The position numbers and the translations under genes were made by a program. A DNA stretch of 32,000 nucleotides from positions 70,297 to 102,296 of the forward strand of contig JAFWJH010000003.1 of NCBI GenBank assembly GCA_017511645.1, read 5' to 3'. Shown in pieces: positions 26,187 through 32,000 of the stretch (positions are counted from its first letter, which is position 1; every line of letters starts with the position of its first letter). The stretch is from Candidatus Saccharimonadota bacterium. Lineage in GTDB: Bacteria > Patescibacteriota > Saccharimonadia > Saccharimonadales > Saccharimonadaceae. The notes under the pieces were generated by a model that saw nothing but the letters and a program-made list of their open reading frames with translations, did no database searches and was not told where the DNA came from.

Positions 26187-27125
26187 ATGAAAAAGACAAA
26201 AAAACGCGTGTTTGGTCTAGTAGGGCTTGGTCTAGTAGCTATCACCACAATCTTTGCAGCATCTTTGCCTGGGCCGGAAGCTGCAGCTATAGAGTCAGAC
26301 CAAGCGACTGACACCATAGTGGTGCGAGTAGTAGGGGCTGATCCGCTAATAGAAATTACTAGCAGCCAAGACGGCAAAGAATTGGTTCAGCAGGAACAAA
26401 TTTTTAGTTTTAAATATTACAATTCAGAATATATTGACTCAAAAATACTCTATACTAATGACGAAGACGTAAAGACTGAGCATATTTTAATTGAAGGTGA
26501 AGAGCGTTATGTAAAATATCACGATGGCGAATACGTAACAGTCCCTGCTTTAGACTTGCTTAGCGATGGTTATGGCTACGGCGAATACGTGGTAGAATCT
26601 GTCGCTACAGGATATGCTGGCGTAACTTACCCAAAAACGATTAGCTTTTCTTTTATCCCAGTAAAAGGCGAGGCGGCGGAAGATCCTAACGACGGATTGA
26701 TCTATTTACATCTTGATTACGACACTGAAAATGAAAATATAGATCATATCAAAATTAATGTCTACGATGAAAGTGGCAATATTGTAAAAGTGATTTCTCC
26801 GATTGTAGTAGTAACGCCAGGGATGAAAGTGGAGCTACCGTTTTCGGAAAATGATCTACCAACTGGAAATTACACGATAGGAATTACTGCTTATAATGCT
26901 GAGGATGAATTGCTATACGGTAAACCGTACTATACTAGCGTATACTATGAGGCGATCCCAGTGCCAGACACGGGTGGGATGTTCACTGGAATGAATATTT
27001 CAAAGACAGATTATTTGGTAACTGGATTGATTGTATTCTCACTGACGGCGATACTTGGGTTTGTATTTGTGGCAAGGGGAAGAAATAATGAAAGTAGACT
27101 AACAATAAAAAAGAGACGCCGCTAG
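26187..27125 (+). CDS. Second anchored surface protein, Ig-like/beta-rich
   Basis: Signal peptide; 'KVELPFSENDLPTGNYTIGITAYNAEDELLYGK'; C-terminal TM 'YLVTGLIVFSLTAILGFVFVARG'. Confidence 0.6.
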   Translation: MKKTKKRVFGLVGLGLVAITTIFAASLPGPEAAAIESDQATDTIVVRVVGADPLIEITSSQDGKELVQQEQIFSFKYYNSEYIDSKILYTNDEDVKTEHILIEGEERYVKYHDGEYVTVPALDLLSDGYGYGEYVVESVATGYAGVTYPKTISFSFIPVKGEAAEDPNDGLIYLHLDYDTENENIDHIKINVYDESGNIVKVISPIVVVTPGMKVELPFSENDLPTGNYTIGITAYNAEDELLYGKPYYTSVYYEAIPVPDTGGMFTGMNISKTDYLVTGLIVFSLTAILGFVFVARGRNNESRLTIKKRRR

Positions 27126-27190
27126 TTATTAATTCGGAAAAAATGGACGCTGCTACTGCGAGGGCGTCCATTTTTGTGATTTTAGAGGGA

Positions 27191-27523
27191 TTATTTTTCC
27201 TCAGCCTTGGCTTTTTTCTCAGCCTCTTTGGCAGTTTTCTTGGCTTTGTTTGCTAAAGCTTCTTTCATTTTGGCAGCCTTGGCAGCGCGAGCCTTGAAGC
27301 GATCCACACGGCCTTCAGTATCGATAATCTTCTCTTCACCAGTAAAGAATGGGTGAGAAGCAGAAGAAATCTGAACCTTGACCAATGGATATTCGTTGCC
27401 ATCTTCCCATTTGATGGTCTCTTCGCTTTTCGCGGTGGACTTTGTCAAGAACGCAAAACCGGCGGCCTCGTCTGAAAAGACAACATCGCGATAATCTTTA
27501 GGGTGTAACTCTTTTTTACTCAT
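27191..27523 (-). CDS. rpmE: 50S ribosomal protein L31 (type B-like) with Lys/Ala-rich extension
   Basis: '[35 protein letters not shown]...[32 protein letters not shown]'. Confidence 0.92.
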   Translation of the reverse strand: MSKKELHPKDYRDVVFSDEAAGFAFLTKSTAKSEETIKWEDGNEYPLVKVQISSASHPFFTGEEKIIDTEGRVDRFKARAAKAAKMKEALANKAKKTAKEAEKKAKAEEK

Positions 27524-27564
27524 AACTGGCGACCATTATATCAGATTTTTTCTAAACTGTAAAG

Positions 27565-27587
27565 AAAAAGGAGGCCGAAGCCTCCAG
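27565..27587 (-). terminator. Rho-independent terminator for the small ORF
   Basis: Minus strand GGAGGCTTCGGCCTCCTTTTTC. Confidence 0.65.
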
Positions 27588-27589
27588 AA

Positions 27590-27727
27590 TTAGTAGCCAC
27601 CAGGCCCTTCGCGCTGCTCCATAGCAAGATCTTCTAATAATTCTTTATCAGGATCTTTCGGCTTCTGAAGTTTTACTTCTAAAGTCTTATCAGCTGTACA
27701 GTTGCCAGTGGTCTCTTTCTCTTTCAT
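27590..27727 (-). CDS. Small ORF, 45 aa
   Basis: Minus strand GGGGGGAAGTTCTTT-ATG: MKEKETTGNCTADKTLEVKLQKPKDPDKELLEDLAMEQREGPGGY*; terminator follows directly. Confidence 0.5.
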   Translation of the reverse strand: MKEKETTGNCTADKTLEVKLQKPKDPDKELLEDLAMEQREGPGGY

Positions 27728-27931
27728 AAAGAACTTCCCCCCTTCAGGCCGCTATATTGTATTAATAGGCCTATCTTAATTATAGCACAAACGTAATAAA
27801 AAGTCAATATTTTGGCACTTGTTGTTGATTTTTTAAAGGGAATGTGATAGAATTGGACCATATTAAATTTAACGAAGCAGCTATGGGAGGTTTCCTGATT
27901 AAACCCATAGTAAAGGAAAGGAAATCATATT

Positions 27932-28618
27932 ATGGCAGTTGCTATTGATATGAAAGCTCTGCTCGAAGCTGGTGCTCATTTTGGGCACAAAACGAGCCGG
28001 TGGCACCCAAAGATGGCGCCATATATTCACTCCAAGCGCCAAAATGCGCATATTATTAACCTGGAAAAGACCGTAGAGGGTCTCGAAGTGGCTTTGCCAA
28101 AAATCACCGAGATCGTAAAAAATGGCAAAAAGGTACTTTTCGTAGGCACCAAAAAACAAATGAAAGAGGTTGTCAAAGAAGCAGCTGAATCTATAGAGAT
28201 GCCATATGTAACTGTACGCTGGGTTGGTGGTACGTTGACTAACGTAAACACCGTAAACCGCCAAATCAAGAAGCTGAAAGACTTAGAACGCCGCATGGCT
28301 TCGGGTGAGCTCGAAAATCGCTATTCGAAACTTGAGGTACAAAGATTTCAAGAAGAAATCGACGCCTTGAATGAGCGTTATGGTGGCATCAAAGACATGA
28401 CCGAGCAGCCAGCTGCAATCATTGTAGTAGATGCAATTGAAGATAAGAATGCAATCAAGGAAGCTAAGGTTCTAAATATTCCGGTATTTGCTATTACTGA
28501 TACCAATGTAGACCCAACTAATATTGACTACGTAGTCCCAGCCAACGATGATGCAATCAAGGCGACAAAGTTGATCTTGAGCTACTTCGTAGAGGCTGTC
28601 AAAGAAGGCAAAAAATAA
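27932..28618 (+). CDS. rpsB: 30S ribosomal protein S2
   Basis: 'MKALLEAGAHFGHKTSRWHPKMAPYI', 'PVFAITDTNVDPTNIDYVVPANDDAIKA'. Confidence 0.97.
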   Translation: MAVAIDMKALLEAGAHFGHKTSRWHPKMAPYIHSKRQNAHIINLEKTVEGLEVALPKITEIVKNGKKVLFVGTKKQMKEVVKEAAESIEMPYVTVRWVGGTLTNVNTVNRQIKKLKDLERRMASGELENRYSKLEVQRFQEEIDALNERYGGIKDMTEQPAAIIVVDAIEDKNAIKEAKVLNIPVFAITDTNVDPTNIDYVVPANDDAIKATKLILSYFVEAVKEGKK

Positions 28619-28632
28619 TTTAGGAGGCAAAA

Positions 28633-29223
28633 ATGGCAGAAATTTCTGTAGAACAAATCAAAAAATTAAAAGAATTATCCGGTGCGGGACTGACTGACGC
28701 AAAAAAAGCCCTAGTGGAGGCGGGTGGTGATTTTGACAAAGCGCTCGAGGCGATGCGCAAAAAAGGTCTTACCAAAGCTGAAAAACGCGGTGATCGCGAA
28801 ACTCGTGAAGGTTTGGTAGATAGCTATATTCATGATGGTCGCCTTGGCGCAATCGTAGAGGTAAACTGCGAGACTTCTTTTGTGGCAAAAACTGACGAAT
28901 TTAAGACTTTGGCACATCAAATCGCGATGCAAGTAGCTTCGATGGCGCCGCTTTATGTCTCGGAAGATGATATTCCAGAAGATGTGAAAGCAGTAAAAAT
29001 TAAAGAGCTCGAAGAAAACTTCAAGGGGCCAGAAAATATGAAAGAGAAGATTCTTGAAGGCCAAATGAAGAAAGCTTTCTCTGATAAGGTATTAATGAAT
29101 CAGCCGTACATCCTGGATGATTCAAAAACTGTAGAACAATTCATTAAAGAAGCGATTGCAAAGACCGGTGAAAATATAACTGTACGCCAATTTAAACGTA
29201 TTGAACTCGGCGTAACCGAATAA
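28633..29223 (+). CDS. tsf: Elongation factor Ts
   Basis: 'IKKLKELSGAGLTDAKKALVEAGGDFDKALEAMR', 'VEVNCETSFVAKTDEF'. Confidence 0.96.
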   Translation: MAEISVEQIKKLKELSGAGLTDAKKALVEAGGDFDKALEAMRKKGLTKAEKRGDRETREGLVDSYIHDGRLGAIVEVNCETSFVAKTDEFKTLAHQIAMQVASMAPLYVSEDDIPEDVKAVKIKELEENFKGPENMKEKILEGQMKKAFSDKVLMNQPYILDDSKTVEQFIKEAIAKTGENITVRQFKRIELGVTE

Positions 29224-29230
29224 ACCTAAT

Positions 29231-29320
29231 AACAAAATATACCTTTTCGGGGACGGGTCGCTCGCACCCTTAATCCTTGGTCGTAACCTCCGGACACCCC
29301 TCAAAGGTATATTTTTGTTA
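29231..29320. terminator. Long inverted repeat with branched internal structure after tsf
   Basis: AACAAAATATACCTTT...AAAGGTATATTTTTGTT with internal GGGG/CCCC, GGGT/ACCC and GGTcgtaACC pairings. Confidence 0.55.
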
Positions 29321-29361
29321 TCCATATTGTGTTATACTTAGAGTGTTAACTAAGGAGTTTT

Positions 29362-29907
29362 ATGTTCGATACAAATGAAGATCGCAAGAAAATGGAAGGA
29401 GTGATTGGGCGTTTCAAGGAAGAGATGAAAAAAGTCCGTACTGGGCGGGCGCATCCAGATATGATTTCGGGTGTAAAAGTAGAAGTTTATGGCCAGTATT
29501 TGCCTCTTAATCAAGTAGCAAATATTACCGCAGCTGATGCGACCTTACTCGTAATTACACCATTTGATCCGACCAATATTCAGGCGATCGCAGCAGCAAT
29601 TCGGGCCGACCAATCCCTTGGTCTCAACCCTGCTGATGACGGCCGCGTGATCCGAGTACCTATCCCAGCGCTCACCGAAGAGCGTCGTAAAGAAATCGTT
29701 AAAAATGCCTCGGCCAAAGTGGAAGAAGCCAAGGTGGCTATTCGTAATGTGCGTGAAGATGCACGTAAAGCAGTAAAGATCGCCACCGAAATGAGCGAAG
29801 ACGTAAAAAAACGCGCCGAAAAAGAAATCAATGAATTAACTAAGGAGTTTAATGATAAGGTCGATGCGGAGTTTAAGGCAAAGTCCGACGACATTATGAA
29901 ATTGTAA
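29362..29907 (+). CDS. frr: Ribosome recycling factor
   Basis: 'FKEEMKKVRTGRAHPDMISGVKVEVYGQYLPLNQVANI', 'IPALTEERRKEIVKNA'. Confidence 0.96.
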   Translation: MFDTNEDRKKMEGVIGRFKEEMKKVRTGRAHPDMISGVKVEVYGQYLPLNQVANITAADATLLVITPFDPTNIQAIAAAIRADQSLGLNPADDGRVIRVPIPALTEERRKEIVKNASAKVEEAKVAIRNVREDARKAVKIATEMSEDVKKRAEKEINELTKEFNDKVDAEFKAKSDDIMKL

Positions 29908-29909
29908 TT

Positions 29910-30581
29910 ATGAGTTTAGTACATTTAGGAATTATTGCCGACGGCAATCGCCGCTGGGCAAAAGAAAATGGTCTGCCAAAAGTAGAGGGGCACCGGCAAG
30001 GATTAAAGGTAATCGAACAATTGGTAGCAGCAGCTGCGAAATTAGAGATTCCTTATATTACTTTTTATGTATTTAGCACAGAAAACTGGGGGCGTGAAAA
30101 AGCCGAAGTCGATCATATCATGAAACTGGCCGAGACCAAGATTTTAAAAATGGCCGAAAAAATGGCGGCTAATAATATCAAGCTCTTGATATTAGGCACG
30201 CGCGGCAAAGTTAATCCGACTTTAACTTCGCTGGCCGAAAAGGCCGAGAAGATTACCGCAGACTGCACTGGCACGACAGCGTGTTTTTGTTTTAATTATG
30301 GCGGCGAGCAGGAAATTGCCGATGCGGCAAATATCGCCATAGAAGTCGACGGTGAAATTACGCCAAAGACCATTCGCAAACATCTGTATCACCCAGAAGT
30401 GCCAGATCTCGACATGGTAGTGCGGACATCGGGCGAAGAACGGATCTCGGGTTTTATGTTATGGCGAGCAGCTTACGCAGAATTAATGTTTATCAAAAAG
30501 TATTTCCCAGAGATGAGTGGTGAAGATCTTGAGACGATTCTGAGCGAATATGAAAAACGCAACCGTCGCTTTGGCAAATAA
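29910..30581 (+). CDS. uppS: Polyprenyl (undecaprenyl) diphosphate synthase
   Basis: 'HLGIIADGNRRWAKENGLPKVEGHRQG', 'TFYVFSTENWGR', 'DMVVRTSGEERISGFMLWRAAYAELMF'. Confidence 0.95.
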   Translation: MSLVHLGIIADGNRRWAKENGLPKVEGHRQGLKVIEQLVAAAAKLEIPYITFYVFSTENWGREKAEVDHIMKLAETKILKMAEKMAANNIKLLILGTRGKVNPTLTSLAEKAEKITADCTGTTACFCFNYGGEQEIADAANIAIEVDGEITPKTIRKHLYHPEVPDLDMVVRTSGEERISGFMLWRAAYAELMFIKKYFPEMSGEDLETILSEYEKRNRRFGK

Positions 30582-30596
30582 TGATATAATGGGCTT

Positions 30597-31844
30597 ATGG
30601 ATATTTTAATAGGTGTGATTGTGGGGTTGTTCGTGCTGATGTTTTTGGTGACAGCACACGAGTTTGGACATTTTTTGGCAGCACGACGAAATGGTGTAAA
30701 TGTACTAGAGTTTGGAATCGGTTTTCCGCCGCGCATAATGGCCTGGATGAAAGACATACGTACTGGCAAATGGCGACGGCTACCTCGCGGCGAATGGAAA
30801 AAAGAAAAAGCAACTAAGGTAGTGTACTCTGATGGCGAAAATAAGAAGTTCGCACAAAAAGGCATGGTGTTTAGCTTAAATTTGTTGCCAATTGGCGGTT
30901 TTTGTCAGATGGATGGTGAATCGGACGCAGATACTAGAAAAGGGACTTTTGGCGCAGCGAGTTTTTGGGCAAAAACCAAAATATTGTTCGCCGGCGTAAC
31001 GATGAACTGGCTGATAGCGATTGTGATTTTCACTATACTAGCGTGGTCTGGAATGCCGGAGTTTTTGGAGGGACAATTTACGGTGCCAGTAGACACGCGT
31101 ATAGAGTCTACGCCGGTAGAAATTTCATCGGTAGCAGAAGATTCTCCTGCGGATCAAGCGGGGCTAGCAGTAGGGGATAAAATCCTAGCAGTAGACGGAA
31201 ACGAATTTGTGCACGCAAGTGAGATTACCGATTATAATGAAACAAAAGCTGGCGAGCAGGTAATATACACTATCGAACGAATGGATGATACAAAAGAATT
31301 AATCGTGACGCTAAACCCAGCCGAGTCAGATTATTTACTTGGTGTAACAATGGCCACCACGCAGTCGCGATCTTATTCTACTTGGTCGGCACCAATCGTA
31401 GGTGTGGGGCTAACCGCACAATTAACTGGTGAAACCTTTAAAGGCGTCGGTGTGATGCTATGGAACTTAATCTCGGGTGTGGGGTCGCAATTTAGTTCTG
31501 ATGCGACAGTACGCGAGACTGGGCAAGAGGCGATTTCATCGGTGGGGGATTCGGTGTCGGGGCCAGTGGGTATCATCGGAGTACTTTTCCCAGCCTTTAC
31601 AGCAGCTGGGCCGACTAATTTAGCGTTTCTTGCTGCACTAATTTCGGTATCTTTGGCCTGTATGAATGTGCTGCCAATTCCAGCGCTGGATGGCGGGCGA
31701 TGGCTGCTGATCGCGATTTATAAATTACGCAAGAAAAAACTTACCAAAGAGACTGAAGAAAAGATTGTATCTAGGGCCTTTATGGTGCTACTAGCTATTA
31801 TCTTTATTGTGACAATTCTAGATATTATAAGGATAGCGCAGTGA
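30597..31844 (+). CDS. RseP/site-2 protease family zinc metalloprotease with PDZ domain
   Basis: 'VTAHEFGHFLAARRNGV' HExxH, PDZ-like 'DSPADQAGLAVGDKILAVDGNEF', 'NVLPIPALDGGRWLL'. Confidence 0.92.
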   Translation: MDILIGVIVGLFVLMFLVTAHEFGHFLAARRNGVNVLEFGIGFPPRIMAWMKDIRTGKWRRLPRGEWKKEKATKVVYSDGENKKFAQKGMVFSLNLLPIGGFCQMDGESDADTRKGTFGAASFWAKTKILFAGVTMNWLIAIVIFTILAWSGMPEFLEGQFTVPVDTRIESTPVEISSVAEDSPADQAGLAVGDKILAVDGNEFVHASEITDYNETKAGEQVIYTIERMDDTKELIVTLNPAESDYLLGVTMATTQSRSYSTWSAPIVGVGLTAQLTGETFKGVGVMLWNLISGVGSQFSSDATVRETGQEAISSVGDSVSGPVGIIGVLFPAFTAAGPTNLAFLAALISVSLACMNVLPIPALDGGRWLLIAIYKLRKKKLTKETEEKIVSRAFMVLLAIIFIVTILDIIRIAQ

Positions 31845-32000
31845 TGAAAAAAACCACTAAAATCGAAATTGTTAAAGCGCGTAGCAAGGTTCCGAAAAAG
31901 TCTAAGCAAAAGAATAGTGATTTTCCCAAAAAACAGATCTGCGAGGTAATTTTCAAAGCAATTTTGTTATTAGTGTGGGTGGCTGCGGTAGTGATTGTAG
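31844..32000 (+). CDS. Hypothetical membrane protein (partial, N-terminus only)
   Basis: ATG overlaps the protease stop (GTGATG): MKKTTKIEIVKARSKVPKKSKQKNSDFPKKQICEVIFKAILLLVWVAAVVIV...; runs off the window. Confidence 0.55.
   Translation, partial: MKKTTKIEIVKARSKVPKKSKQKNSDFPKKQICEVIFKAILLLVWVAAVVIV

Noticed and set aside
1-32000. CRISPR array, Cas genes, phage structural genes
   Set aside because: No regularly spaced repeats, Cas motifs, or capsid/terminase/tail-like proteins were seen in the provided translations.

Overview
The window looks like a Candidatus Saccharibacteria (TM7/CPR-type) chromosome segment. This assignment is inferred from protein character and gene context, not from a database search. 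Backbone genes flank a probable genomic island. Left backbone: C-terminus of uvrC, secG, and an OppA-like substrate-binding protein. Right backbone: tRNA-Leu(GAG) on the minus strand, two anchored surface proteins, L31, rpsB, tsf, frr, uppS and an RseP-type protease. The accessory region (about 2.2-24.96 kb) holds two orphan proteins, an AbiEi/AbiEii type IV toxin-antitoxin pair with a perfect 13-bp inverted-repeat operator, and a GT4 glycosyltransferase. It then has a tightly packed operon of about 15.4 kb with about 15 genes and mostly 1-4 nt overlaps. It ends with two small minus-strand genes, a 46-aa ORF behind an attenuator-like leader, and a large serine recombinase whose 3' end runs antisense into tRNA-Leu(GAG). 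The operon encodes an extended SDR, an MBL-fold hydrolase, a CapK/F390-synthetase-like adenylation enzyme, KASIII, ACP, BCCP, AccC, fused AccD-AccA, FabD, FabF, a minimal biotin ligase, an acyl-CoA/ACP ligase, an HxxxDG acyltransferase, a VOC protein, an FkbH-like glyceryl-ACP synthase, a second ACP and a Sfp-type PPTase. No FabG, FabZ or FabI is visible. FkbH + dedicated ACP + KASIII + acyltransferase is the hallmark set of tetronate biosynthesis. The main hypothesis is a self-contained, possibly mobile pathway that extends a scavenged fatty acid by malonyl units and condenses it with a glyceryl unit into an acyl-tetronate-like product. The operon appears to start with a highly structured RNA leader (6821-6962) containing a possible 13-bp pseudoknot or alternative pairing.
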